NCBI GenBank assembly: GCA_038747195.1
Contig: JBCDKA010000003.1
Location: 20,726-84,725 of the forward strand
Reading direction: 5' to 3'
Source: Pseudomonadota bacterium
GTDB taxonomy: Bacteria > Pseudomonadota > Gammaproteobacteria > Xanthomonadales > SZUA-38
DNA length: 64,000 bases
The translations under genes were made by a program, and so were the position numbers. A model generated the notes under the pieces. That model saw only the letters and a program-made list of their open reading frames with translations. It made no database searches and was not told the DNA's origin. This document shows, in pieces, positions 10,055 through 19,092 of the stretch; position 1 is the first letter of the stretch, and every line of letters begins with the position of its first letter.

Positions 10055-10233
10055 GATGGTGGCTTCCTTCGCCAGCCACACTCCGGCACACGAGTTCACT
10101 GTTGCCGCTGCTCCCTTCCGGGCCTGACGGGGTCCACAATGGTTCGTTGCGAAGGGACCGACGAAGGTCGCCATAGCGTCCCGCGACTTGCGGGAGCGCG
10201 ATTATAGCAGTCGTCAAGCTCTGGAGTTAAGCC

Positions 10234-11124
10234 GTGAAAACCAAAAAAAATCGGCCTGTGGCCCTGCTGACCACCGACGATCTGCACGGGCACGTCACCG
10301 ACGACGAGCTGCTGGTTGAACCGTTGGCAGCACTTGGCAGGACGGCTGAGTTTGTGTCCTGGCGGGCGGCTGTCGACTGGCGCGACTACGCCGGTGTCGT
10401 GATTCGCAGTCCCTGGGATTACACCGAGGCGGCAGAGCAGTTTGTGGCGACGCTCGGGGCCATCGCCGCGGCCGGCACCCCACTCGCCAACAGTCTGTCG
10501 CTGGTGCGTTGGAACCTGGACAAGCGGTATCTCAGCGAGCTTGAGGGGAGGGGTGTGCCGGTTATACCGACACTGTGGCTGGAGGACCTGACGCAGAGTG
10601 CCATCGACCGGGCCTTTGCAGCCTTTTCTTGCCGGGAACTCGTGCTGAAGCCCGTGCTCGGGGCCAGCGCGCGCGATACCTTTCGCATGACACCCGGGTC
10701 GGTCGAGCAGACCACTCTGGGCTGTTTCAGCGAACGACCATGCATGCTGCAGCCGTTTTTACCAGAGATTGTCAGCGAGGGTGAACATTCGTTGTTCTAC
10801 TTTGCCGGAGCGCTGAGCCACGTGGTGCGCAAACGGCCGGCGGAGGGTGACTTTCGGGTCCAGGAGGAGCATGGCGGTCAGCTAGAGGCCGTCGCCGCCG
10901 GCGCGCCCATGACAACTTTTGCCGACCGTGTGCTGGCACAGCTGGACGAGTCGCCGCTATACGCCAGAGTGGACCTGGTCGAGACCCAGGGAGGGATCCG
11001 TCTGATGGAACTCGAGCTGGTTGAGCCGTCGCTGTATCTGCGGCTGTCCGACGGGGCGCCGGCCAGGCTGGCCAGCGCTATCGATCGCTGGCTGTCAGCC
11101 GATGAAGGACCGCGTCATCGGTGA
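10234..11124 (+). CDS. ATP-grasp domain protein (RimK/glutathione-synthetase-like fold), function unknown
   Basis: About 296 aa. WNLDKRYLSELEGRGVPVIPT, LVLKPVLGASARDTF and ARVDLVE...RLMELELVEPSL are typical of ATP-grasp ligases. GTG start. Confidence 0.6.
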   Translation: MKTKKNRPVALLTTDDLHGHVTDDELLVEPLAALGRTAEFVSWRAAVDWRDYAGVVIRSPWDYTEAAEQFVATLGAIAAAGTPLANSLSLVRWNLDKRYLSELEGRGVPVIPTLWLEDLTQSAIDRAFAAFSCRELVLKPVLGASARDTFRMTPGSVEQTTLGCFSERPCMLQPFLPEIVSEGEHSLFYFAGALSHVVRKRPAEGDFRVQEEHGGQLEAVAAGAPMTTFADRVLAQLDESPLYARVDLVETQGGIRLMELELVEPSLYLRLSDGAPARLASAIDRWLSADEGPRHR

Positions 11125-12069
11125 CACGCTCGCCTGCATGAGCGCGTCCACTGCCGGCATGTCGACCCCGAAGTCAGCCGGTTTGACGATCAGCACGTCA
11201 CCGGTGAGCTTGTCCAGAACCCGCTCGGCGGTACTGCCGATCAGCAGTCGCTGCAGTCGAGTTCTCGACACGCCCCCCATCACCACGAGGGAACCGGAGG
11301 TGGCGTTAGCGAGCTCGACAATCTCTTCCTCGGGATTGCCGACCACCACGTGGCTGTCGGCGCCGCGGCTACATTTCTCTGCATCCATCAGCCGACTCGT
11401 GGCCTGCTTGTGCGCGTCGAGCACCTGCTCGGAGACCTCGCAGACGGCCATAGCGGATTCCATGCCGCCCATCGGTGCGAGCTGGGTGGGGACAACCACG
11501 TTTACTACCTTCAGCGGCGCGCTGTGAAGTTTGGCCAGCCCGCTCGCGTGATGTAGGATTTTCTGATCGAGCGACGCGGGTTTATCGTCAAGATGCAGCG
11601 GGTCAATCGCGGCGATCACCTGCTGGTAGCGATCCGCGGTGTCCGATCTGGCGAGAAGCAGCGGAATGGGGCAGTGACGGATAGTCTCCCAATCTTCATT
11701 GCTCAGCGTCAGGCGCTGCCACCGGTTCTTGTGCACGGTCTGGGTTACCACCAGCGAGGCGTTCGACTGGGCTGAGTATCGAATCAGCTCCTGCCAACCC
11801 TGCTCGGCCCAAACCAGATGAATAGCTACCTTCTGGCCCAGCCGATCGCTGGCCAGCGCTTCGAGCTGCCCTTGCCTGGATTCCAGCAATAGGTCCCGGA
11901 CTTCGTCGAGCACCTGATCCTGATTTCCAGGGTCATCCATGATTGATTTATGATAGACGTTGTGGAATAGGGCGAGCGTGGATTCCGGCGAACGGCACGC
12001 GAGCGCAGCGTCCAGCGCGGGCTGATCTTTACTGGTGGGATCAGCGATATCAATGACTATTTGCTGCAC
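11095..12069 (-). CDS. Tandem universal stress protein (UspE-like, two Usp domains)
   Basis: ORF 11095..12468 has a 5' extension overlapping fixL. The conserved part begins at GTG 12069 (VQQIVIDIAD). Second domain ends with the classic VVMGGVSRTRLQRLLIGSTAERVL ATP-binding motif. Confidence 0.75.
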   Translation of the reverse strand: MQQIVIDIADPTSKDQPALDAALACRSPESTLALFHNVYHKSIMDDPGNQDQVLDEVRDLLLESRQGQLEALASDRLGQKVAIHLVWAEQGWQELIRYSAQSNASLVVTQTVHKNRWQRLTLSNEDWETIRHCPIPLLLARSDTADRYQQVIAAIDPLHLDDKPASLDQKILHHASGLAKLHSAPLKVVNVVVPTQLAPMGGMESAMAVCEVSEQVLDAHKQATSRLMDAEKCSRGADSHVVVGNPEEEIVELANATSGSLVVMGGVSRTRLQRLLIGSTAERVLDKLTGDVLIVKPADFGVDMPAVDALMQASVSPMTRSFIG

Positions 12070-12180
12070 GGTTGTCCTACCTGCTCTTACTCTGATGCAA
12101 ACTTTACGTCTGCTGCCCGCAAGTCTGCCAGACGGGGTGTCCGAAAAGGCACCTCGGAAACTACGTAGGGCGTTTTTCTC

Positions 12181-13335
12181 ATGATGGGCGAAGTGATTAC
12201 CCACAAGGACGAAAGTGGGCTGCTGAAAGCGCTGCTGGACGCGGCGGTGGAGGCGATTGTCATCAGCGATGAGAGCGGCGAAATCCTGCTGTTCAATCGC
12301 GGTGCGCAGACGCTTTTTGGCTACACCGAGGAAGAGGCTCAGGGTCAGAACGTCCGAATTCTGATGGGCAGCCACGACCATGCCCATCACGATCGATACA
12401 TGGAGAGCTACCTCGGTACCGGCCAGCGCAAGATCATCGGCATCGGGCGGGAGGTCGCGGGGCGTCATCGGGACGGCGACGAGCTATCGATCCACCTCTC
12501 CGTTGGACACGCGTCGGTCGACGGCCGCCAGCTGTTTGTGGCGATTATGCAGGACCTGCGGCCCCGCAATCAGCTGCAGTCTGAGCTTCAGGCGGAACGG
12601 CGCAACATCAGCGATCTCCAGCAGACGCTGGCGAGCGTCCACCGCACGAGCACGCTGGGCGAGATGAGTGCGGGCATTGCTCACGAGATCAATCAGCCGC
12701 TTGCCGCGATGGCGACGTTCGCCGACGCCGGGCGTCGGCTGCTGTCCAAAGACCCACCCGACGGTGAACGCCTCAACTACGCGCTGGAGCAGATCGGTGA
12801 GCAGGCTCGACGGGCGGGCAGGGTGGTGGAGCGCATCCGGGCGCTTTCCCGCCGCGAGGACACGCCCCGCTCAACGCGGCCTATTAACGAGGTGATCCGC
12901 GAACTGATGGAGCTGGCGGAGCTCGAAGCCCGCGACAGCGGTGCCCCGATTGTTCTTGAGCTGGAGGAAAACCTCCCGCCGGTCGATATCGATCCCGTGC
13001 AGATTCAGCAGGTGCTGTTGAATCTGATCAGAAACGGCCTGGAGTCGATGGTTCGGCCAAGCCAGATCTCTCAGGGGCTCTACGTTATCAGCGAACAGGT
13101 TGATGGCGAGGTGCGAGTCGCCGTTGTTGACCACGGCACCGGGGTGCACGAGGATCAGCGCGAGCGGATTTTTGAGCCGTTTCACACGAGTAAGCCCAGC
13201 GGCATGGGCGTTGGACTGTCGATTTGCCGCACGATCATGAGAGGCCACGGTGGGCGGCTTTGGTGTGAAGAAAACCCGGCGGGAGGCAGCCGCTTTGTGC
13301 TGGCTCTGCCGCCTACTCAGGAGATACCAACATGA
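12181..13335 (+). CDS. fixL: Soluble FixL-like oxygen-sensor histidine kinase (heme-binding PAS + HisKA + HATPase)
   Basis: GQNVRILMGSHDHAHHDRYMESYLGTGQRKIIGIGREVAGRHRDGDELSIHLSVG closely parallels the rhizobial FixL heme-PAS core as I recall it ([55 protein letters not shown]). H-box AGIAHEINQPL, N-box LLNLIRNGLES, G-boxes DHGTGV and GMGVGLSICR. Confidence 0.85.
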   Translation: MMGEVITHKDESGLLKALLDAAVEAIVISDESGEILLFNRGAQTLFGYTEEEAQGQNVRILMGSHDHAHHDRYMESYLGTGQRKIIGIGREVAGRHRDGDELSIHLSVGHASVDGRQLFVAIMQDLRPRNQLQSELQAERRNISDLQQTLASVHRTSTLGEMSAGIAHEINQPLAAMATFADAGRRLLSKDPPDGERLNYALEQIGEQARRAGRVVERIRALSRREDTPRSTRPINEVIRELMELAELEARDSGAPIVLELEENLPPVDIDPVQIQQVLLNLIRNGLESMVRPSQISQGLYVISEQVDGEVRVAVVDHGTGVHEDQRERIFEPFHTSKPSGMGVGLSICRTIMRGHGGRLWCEENPAGGSRFVLALPPTQEIPT

Positions 13336-13991
13336 ATGCTAGGGATCAAGACTCGGCCGCCGAGCAGGGTGATCAGCCGCCCGTCTATCTGGTGGACGAT
13401 GATTCGGCGGTACGAGACGCCATCGCTTTTCTGCTGGACTCGGTGACAATCGAATGTAAAGCCTTCTCGTCAGCCGCAGAGTTTTTGGACGGCTACGGCG
13501 GCGACGCCGGGGTACTGATCCTGGACGTACGGATGCCGCAGATGAGTGGGCTCGAGCTTCAGGACCTTCTCCAGGAGCGGGGTATCAACGACCTGTCGAT
13601 CATTTTTATTTCCGGCCATGGGGATATTCCAATGGCGGTCGAGGCGTTGAAGCGCGGAGCCGTGGACTTCCTGCCAAAGCCGTTCCGGGATCAGGATTTG
13701 CTGGATCGGGTCCAGACAGCGATGAACGAATGTCGCGAGGGCCAGCGCGAGGCGGCTGATCTGAAAGACATCCAGCGCCGCATCGAATCGCTGACGCCTC
13801 GCGAGCGGCAGGTGATGGGCATGGTGGCCGACGGTAAAGCCAACAAGGTTGTCGCTCTGGATCTGGAGATCTCACAGCGGACGGTGGAGATCCATCGAAC
13901 CCACGTGATGGAGAAAATGGGGGTTAGAAACCTTGCTCACCTCGTGCGAATGCTGCACCAGGTCGACTACTTTTCCCGGCAAACGGAGTAG
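13332..13991 (+). CDS. fixJ: FixJ-type response regulator (REC + LuxR-type HTH)
   Basis: ATGA overlap with the fixL stop. VYLVDDDSAVRD, LILDVRMPQMSG and KPF motifs. LTPRERQVMGMVADGKANKVVALDLEISQRTVEIHR is a LuxR/GerE HTH. Confidence 0.87.
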   Translation: MNARDQDSAAEQGDQPPVYLVDDDSAVRDAIAFLLDSVTIECKAFSSAAEFLDGYGGDAGVLILDVRMPQMSGLELQDLLQERGINDLSIIFISGHGDIPMAVEALKRGAVDFLPKPFRDQDLLDRVQTAMNECREGQREAADLKDIQRRIESLTPRERQVMGMVADGKANKVVALDLEISQRTVEIHRTHVMEKMGVRNLAHLVRMLHQVDYFSRQTE

Positions 13992-14002
13992 GCCGCGATC
14001 GA

Positions 14003-14779
14003 TTAGTGTCGGTGATGTTGGTGGTGCTCGTGCTGCGCGCCATCCTCGCTAGGCGGCGGCGCGTGGTGAGCATGATGACTATGATCATGAGCGCCGCTCA
14101 GGTGCATCACCGGCATCGCGGACACGGCAAAACCGCTGGCGATCATCATCGCTCCCATCAGGGGCTTCAGGCGCGCCTTGGACAGGCCGGCCAGCGGGCT
14201 GCCGAGGAGGCCAACGCCCAGCATGGCGGGCAGGGTGCCGACGCCGAAAGCCACCATCACCAGCGCGCCACTCGTGGCGGAACCCGACACCGCAGCCAGA
14301 GCCAGCAGGCTGTACACCAATCCACAGGGGAGCCAGCCCCAGAGCATGCCCCGCGCCAGGCTGGCGGCAAATCCCTTCCGCTGGTTGAGTTTTAGGGTCA
14401 GCGGCTGCAGGCGCCGCCACAGCGGTACACCCAGCTTGCGGCCGACGAGATCGAGCGGGTTGAGCCGAAAACGCGGGGCAATAAGCTGCAGACCCAGCAA
14501 TACCAGGATCACGCCAAGCGCAATGCGCAGCGCCGGGCCCGCCGCGGCGACGGGTGCGAGCGAGCCGGCAGCCATGCCCAGCGCCCCGACCAGTGCGCCG
14601 AGCAGCCCGTAGCTGAGCAGCCTGCCCAGATTGTGGGTGAGCGCCGAAGCTGCGGCCGCCCCGCGACCCTGTCGATTGAGCCCGGCCAGCGCGGCCAGCG
14701 GTCCGCACATGCCAAGGCAGTGGCCGCTGCCGACCAAACCGGCGATGAGCGCCGCCCCGATGGTCAGTGGTTCATTCAT
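14003..14779 (-). CDS. TauE/SafE-like (DsbD_2-type) membrane protein with His-rich C-terminal tail
   Basis: GSGHCLGMCGPL motif and multiple TM helices. The last 33 residues contain 13 His. Start overlaps the ccoS stop by 8 nt. Occupies the position of the gene found downstream of ccoS in other gammaproteobacteria. Confidence 0.7.
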   Translation of the reverse strand: MNEPLTIGAALIAGLVGSGHCLGMCGPLAALAGLNRQGRGAAAASALTHNLGRLLSYGLLGALVGALGMAAGSLAPVAAAGPALRIALGVILVLLGLQLIAPRFRLNPLDLVGRKLGVPLWRRLQPLTLKLNQRKGFAASLARGMLWGWLPCGLVYSLLALAAVSGSATSGALVMVAFGVGTLPAMLGVGLLGSPLAGLSKARLKPLMGAMMIASGFAVSAMPVMHLSGAHDHSHHAHHAPPPSEDGAQHEHHQHHRH

Positions 14780-14939
14780 CGTTAGTACGATCCGCTGGAG
14801 TGACGTCGTCGGTCAGGATCCGCCATGCGGCGGCGTCCATATCCTCGAACTGGCGATGGCGGACCATCCAGAAAAAGCCCCAGACGGCAACGCTGAGGAG
14901 CATCAGGCTCAGGGGTATCAATAGAAACAGTATCTTCAT
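14772..14939 (-). CDS. ccoS: cbb3 oxidase maturation protein CcoS/FixS
   Basis: Not in the ORF track (55 aa). My translation is MKILFLLIPLSLMLLSVAVWGFFWMVRHRQFEDMDAAAWRILTDDVTPADRTNDE. One TM plus a FW..R..QF.D....A.RIL.DD pattern typical of CcoS. Lies 16 nt downstream of ccoI. Confidence 0.8.
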   Translation of the reverse strand: MKILFLLIPLSLMLLSVAVWGFFWMVRHRQFEDMDAAAWRILTDDVTPADRTNDE

Positions 14940-14955
14940 GGCGTTATGTCGTCAG

Positions 14956-17469
14956 CTAAGCCGGTTGTGGCTGCGGAACGCTGTCGCGGTCTGCAGCGCG
15001 AGAGCGTTGGGACTCGTCAACGGCCAGATCGATTTTTGCCAGCCTGGCGGCGTTCAGGACGACAACCAGCGAGCTGGCTGACATCCCGAGCGCTGCGAGG
15101 CCCGGACCGATCAGTCCGGCCGCGGCGAAAGGGACCGCAATCACGTTATACGCCACCGCCCAGGTGAGGTTTTGCCGGACGATCAAGCGACAATAACGGG
15201 CGGCCCTTAGCAACATCAGCAGTGGCCCAAGTCTGCGGCCGGTCAGAACCACGTCCGCGCCAGCGGTCGCTAAGTCCGCTCCCTCGGCCATCGCCACAGA
15301 CACATCAGCCCCACCCAGCAGCCCGCTATCGTTGACACCGTCACCCAACGCCAAAACGGTTTCGCCCTCGGCCTGCAGCTGACGGAGAAGCATGAGCTTC
15401 TGATCGGGCTTCAGCTCGCCCGCAGCGAAACGGATGCCCAGCTCGGCGGCGGCGCGCTGAACGCGCTTGTCGTGGTCCCCGCTGGCAATAACGATCCTGA
15501 TTCCGGCGTCCGCAAGACGGCTGAGCGTCCTGGCCGTATCCTCCCGCCAGGGGTCGGTGACCTCAACCCAGCCCAGCACACCGGTTTCGTCCGCGAGGAT
15601 CAGCGGTTCGTCTGCCCGGGTGACGTCGCCGGTAAATGCAGCGCTACCCAGCTTGAGGTTGCGACCCTCAATCGTTCCCTGAATGCCCTGGCCGGCGACC
15701 GCCGATACCGCGTCTGCCTGGGCGCTGCTTCGAATACCTCGGAAGGCCGCGGCGAGCGGGTGGTTGCTGTGTTTCTCAAGTGCAGCCATCCAGTCGAGCA
15801 GCGTGGCCCGGTCTACGGCCTTCGGGTGAGACTTATTCAGCCGAACGCCGTTGATTCCCGGCCGTCCCTCACTCAAGGTTCCGGTTTTGTCGATCAAGGC
15901 ACACGTAACCCGCGGAAGTACTTCCAACGCGTCGAGCCGGCTGACCAGCAGGCCGTCTCGAGCGAGGCGCGTAGTAGCCGCTGAAAGCGCCGCCGGTATG
16001 GCGAGCGAGAGCGCGCAGGGGCAGGTCACAACGAGGACCGCCAGGGTTGCGCTGAAAGCTTGCTCAAAGCCTGCCGGCAGCCAGAAAAAGAATACGCCGG
16101 CAGCAACCAGCAATAGGCAGGCGACAAACACGCTGGAAACCCGATTGGCGGTGAGCACCTGTTGCGGCCTGCTGAGGCGAGCGCGGTTGAGAAGGTCAGC
16201 GGCCTGCGACAGGGTGCAGTCCCGGCCCGCGCGGGTGATTCGTACGGTGATGCTGCCATCGATATTGCCGCTGCCGGCGAGCACCGGCTCGCCGACTGCG
16301 CCAGCTCTGGGATGTGATTCCCCGGTCATCAGCGCCTCATTGATGGTCGTTGCGCCGCTCTCGATCACCCCGTCCGCTGCGATGGCGTCCCCGGGTCTGA
16401 CCCGGATGAGATCACCCGGCTGAAGGCTGGCACGGGGGACGCTGACTTCCGAGAGCGCCTGCCCATCTTCGATGATCTTGATCACCGCATCGGGCAACAT
16501 CGGCAGGAGCGCCCGCTGCGCGTCGACGGCCTTATGCCGGACGCCCATCGCAATAAAGCGTGCGGCCAGGAGCAGAAACACAAACATGGTTGCGGACTCA
16601 AAATACATGGGTCCCGTACCGCGGAAGAAGTTGATGGTGCTTGCGCCGAAGGCCAGCAGCAGCGCAATAGATACGGGTACGTCCATGTTCAGCTGGCGGG
16701 CCCGGAGGGCGCGGAGGGCGCCGGCAAAAAAGGACACCCCTGAGTAGAAAACCACCGGCGCCGCAACCACCATCGACACGAGGTACAGCAGCCGTTCGAC
16801 CGCCGGGTCCATTCCGTTTTCCGGTCCGAAATAGGTGCCGATGGCAAACATAGAGACCTGCATCATGCCCAAACCCGCCACCGCCAGCTGCTTGAGGAAC
16901 GCCGCACGTTCCCGGGCCAGGCTCTCGTCAAGCTCGCTGCCGGAAAGAGGGTGGGGTTGATAGCCTAGCGCCGCAATGGCTTCGAGCAGCGTGCTCTGCT
17001 GGACAAACTCGTTGGACCACCGCAGATGGGTGATGCCGGTCTGTTGGTCGACGCCGACGGAGTGGACGCCGCGGATTGCCTTCAGCTGGGTCTCGATCAG
17101 CCAGCCGCAGGCACCGCAGTGAATGCCGTCGATCCAGAAGGTCGCCTCAGCCAGTCCGTCTTTATCCACCGTTTCCTGGCCGTCAAAAGCCTGCCAGTCA
17201 GTCTCGGTAGCCTGAAGCTGGGGCCTGGCGGCCGGGCTCTCGCGGTATTCGTAGTAGTCACCCTGGCCACCGCTGATGATCAGTTCGGCCACCGCCTGGC
17301 AGCCGGTGCAGCAAACGCGCCGGTCTTCGCCGCGGTAACTCACCCACAGGTCCAGGCCGGGTGGGATCGGTTCCGCGCAGTGAAAGCACGTACCCTCCTG
17401 GATCAGCCCGTCGCTCAGCGCGACATGCTGCTCGCGGGACGATGGAGGCCGGTTGGCTTCAGCCGTCAT
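14956..17469 (-). CDS. ccoI: Copper-translocating P1B-type ATPase CcoI/FixI
   Basis: CFHCAEP and GIHCGACG N-terminal metal-binding motifs, TGES, CPCAL transmembrane metal site, DKTGTL phosphorylation site, GDGVNDS hinge. Confidence 0.92.
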   Translation of the reverse strand: MTAEANRPPSSREQHVALSDGLIQEGTCFHCAEPIPPGLDLWVSYRGEDRRVCCTGCQAVAELIISGGQGDYYEYRESPAARPQLQATETDWQAFDGQETVDKDGLAEATFWIDGIHCGACGWLIETQLKAIRGVHSVGVDQQTGITHLRWSNEFVQQSTLLEAIAALGYQPHPLSGSELDESLARERAAFLKQLAVAGLGMMQVSMFAIGTYFGPENGMDPAVERLLYLVSMVVAAPVVFYSGVSFFAGALRALRARQLNMDVPVSIALLLAFGASTINFFRGTGPMYFESATMFVFLLLAARFIAMGVRHKAVDAQRALLPMLPDAVIKIIEDGQALSEVSVPRASLQPGDLIRVRPGDAIAADGVIESGATTINEALMTGESHPRAGAVGEPVLAGSGNIDGSITVRITRAGRDCTLSQAADLLNRARLSRPQQVLTANRVSSVFVACLLLVAAGVFFFWLPAGFEQAFSATLAVLVVTCPCALSLAIPAALSAATTRLARDGLLVSRLDALEVLPRVTCALIDKTGTLSEGRPGINGVRLNKSHPKAVDRATLLDWMAALEKHSNHPLAAAFRGIRSSAQADAVSAVAGQGIQGTIEGRNLKLGSAAFTGDVTRADEPLILADETGVLGWVEVTDPWREDTARTLSRLADAGIRIVIASGDHDKRVQRAAAELGIRFAAGELKPDQKLMLLRQLQAEGETVLALGDGVNDSGLLGGADVSVAMAEGADLATAGADVVLTGRRLGPLLMLLRAARYCRLIVRQNLTWAVAYNVIAVPFAAAGLIGPGLAALGMSASSLVVVLNAARLAKIDLAVDESQRSRAADRDSVPQPQPA

Positions 17470-17677
17470 CGTCCGGGCGAGGCTCCGTCAAACGAAACTC
17501 ATCGCGCAGCTCCTGATACTGGCCATCGGTAATGACCAGCGGATCATCGCTGCTCAGCGCGAGCGAGAGCATCGTCACGCCGGACATCAGCGTGGCAATG
17601 AGTACGCCGGCGACCACTTTCATCGCGGACTCTTGGTACCAGCGGCTGCTGGCAGAGGAAGTTTGGGTTGGTTTCAT
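17459..17677 (-). CDS. Small single-TM protein in the CcoH/FixH position (minimal CcoH-like)
   Basis: 72 aa. RWYQES...VVAGVLIATLMSGVTMLSLAL..DDPLV resembles only the N-terminal TM region of FixH. ATGA overlap with the ccoG stop and 11-nt overlap with the ccoI start. Confidence 0.5.
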   Translation of the reverse strand: MKPTQTSSASSRWYQESAMKVVAGVLIATLMSGVTMLSLALSSDDPLVITDGQYQELRDEFRLTEPRPDDDG

Positions 17678-19092
17678 GATTTCACCGGCAGAAAAAATTT
17701 GCTGTCACGAACAACCTGATCGTCAGGGTTGGTTTGACTGGTGAGCGAAAGCTGGATGGGAATGCTGCCCATACCCGCCTCTGGTGCTGCCTGAATGCGC
17801 AGCGGAAAAGCGGCGGTTTGATTGGCAGGCACGGTGATCTGCGGGCTTTCGACGGTCAGCTGAGGGTTACCCGACAAAACGAGCTCATAGCTTTCGCTCT
17901 GTTCGGTCATGTTGATCACCCGCAGGGTGTAGACGTTTTCGATACGCCCGTCAGCGAGCTCACGATAGAGCGCATTGCGGTCCCGAATAACCTCCATCCG
18001 CAGCGGCGTTCGCGTGCTGACCGAGGTCACCAGGCTGACGCTGATGACAACCAGCAGCACCGCGTAAACAATCATCCTCGGGCGCAGCACGTGCGCTTTG
18101 CCGCCACGCACGGCGTTGTTGGAGGTGTAACGGATCAGGCCGCGAGGGTAGGACATCTTGTCCATGACCTCGTCACACGCGTCGATGCAGGCCGCACAGG
18201 CGATGCACTCATACTGCAGCCCGTCCCGGATATCGATCCCGGTGGGGCACACCTGGACGCAGAGCGTGCAATCGATGCAGTCGCCGAGGCCTTGAGCACG
18301 GTGATCGACCTTTTTCTTGCGTCCGCCGCGCGGCTCACCGCGGCTTTCGTCGTACGCGATGATCAGCGTGTCATTGTCGAACATGGCGCTCTGAAAGCGG
18401 GCGTAGGGGCACATGTACTTGCACACCTGCTCGCGAAGAAAACCCGCGTTGCCGTAGGTCGCGAAGCCATAGAACAGGAACCAGAACCAGGCCCAGGGAT
18501 GCAGGTCGAAGCTGACGATACCCGCGGCCAGCTCACGGATCGGCATGAAGTAGCCGACGAAGGTCATGCCGGTCCAGAGTGACAGAGCCAGCCATAGAAA
18601 CTGTTTGGTGCTCTTGCGCACCAAGAACGTCCGGTTGCGCGGCCCCTTATCCAGCTTCATGCGGCGATTCCGGTCACCCTCAACCCAGCGCTCGATCAGC
18701 ATGAACGCTTCGGTCCAGACCGTCTGTGGGCAGGCGTAGCCACACCACAAGCGACCGGCCAGCGCGGTGAAGAAAAAGAGGCTCAGCGCCAGCAGCAGCA
18801 GGAGCAGGGCCAGGTAGATAAAGTCCTGCGGCCAGAGCGTCAGCCCCCAGATGTAGAACTTGCGAGCCGGGAGGTCAAAAAGCACCGCCTGGCGCCCCTC
18901 CCACGTCAGCCAAACCACGCCGTAAAACAGACCCAGCAGAACCACCATGGCAATATTTCGCAGGCGGGCGAAGCGTCCCTTAACGTCTTTGACGTAAATC
19001 TTGGACTCTTTCTGGTAAAGCGATCCGCTGACCTCAACGGGTATCGCGTCCCGCTTGGAGTTGCCGCGCTTGGTCGGTGTGGCGGTGGTCAT
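17674..19092 (-). CDS. ccoG: cbb3 oxidase accessory protein CcoG/FixG (4Fe-4S ferredoxin-type)
   Basis: CGYACPQ, CKYMCPYARFQ, CIDCTLCVQVCPTGIDIR and CIACAACIDACD cysteine motifs, plus a C-terminal Ig-like domain. ATG 19092 forms an ATGA overlap with the upstream small ORF. The ORF-track start at 19182 is probably an over-extension. Confidence 0.9.
   Translation of the reverse strand: MTTATPTKRGNSKRDAIPVEVSGSLYQKESKIYVKDVKGRFARLRNIAMVVLLGLFYGVVWLTWEGRQAVLFDLPARKFYIWGLTLWPQDFIYLALLLLLLALSLFFFTALAGRLWCGYACPQTVWTEAFMLIERWVEGDRNRRMKLDKGPRNRTFLVRKSTKQFLWLALSLWTGMTFVGYFMPIRELAAGIVSFDLHPWAWFWFLFYGFATYGNAGFLREQVCKYMCPYARFQSAMFDNDTLIIAYDESRGEPRGGRKKKVDHRAQGLGDCIDCTLCVQVCPTGIDIRDGLQYECIACAACIDACDEVMDKMSYPRGLIRYTSNNAVRGGKAHVLRPRMIVYAVLLVVISVSLVTSVSTRTPLRMEVIRDRNALYRELADGRIENVYTLRVINMTEQSESYELVLSGNPQLTVESPQITVPANQTAAFPLRIQAAPEAGMGSIPIQLSLTSQTNPDDQVVRDSKFFLPVKS

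Noticed and set aside
10051-10176. 41-aa ORF (MRWWLPSPATLRHTSSLLPLLPSGPDGVHNGSLRRDRRRSP), ATGA-coupled to the DUF2064 gene and just upstream of the ATP-grasp gene; considered as a possible graspetide-type precursor
   Set aside because: It uses rare codons (AGA, AGG, CGA), has lower third-position GC than neighbouring genes, and lacks a Thr/Ser plus Asp/Glu-rich core typical of ATP-grasp-modified peptides. It is probably non-coding.
12070-12468. 5' extension of ORF 11095..12468 (would give a 457-aa Usp protein overlapping fixL)
   Set aside because: The extension is low-complexity, overlaps the well-supported fixL start, and the Usp homology begins only at GTG 12069.
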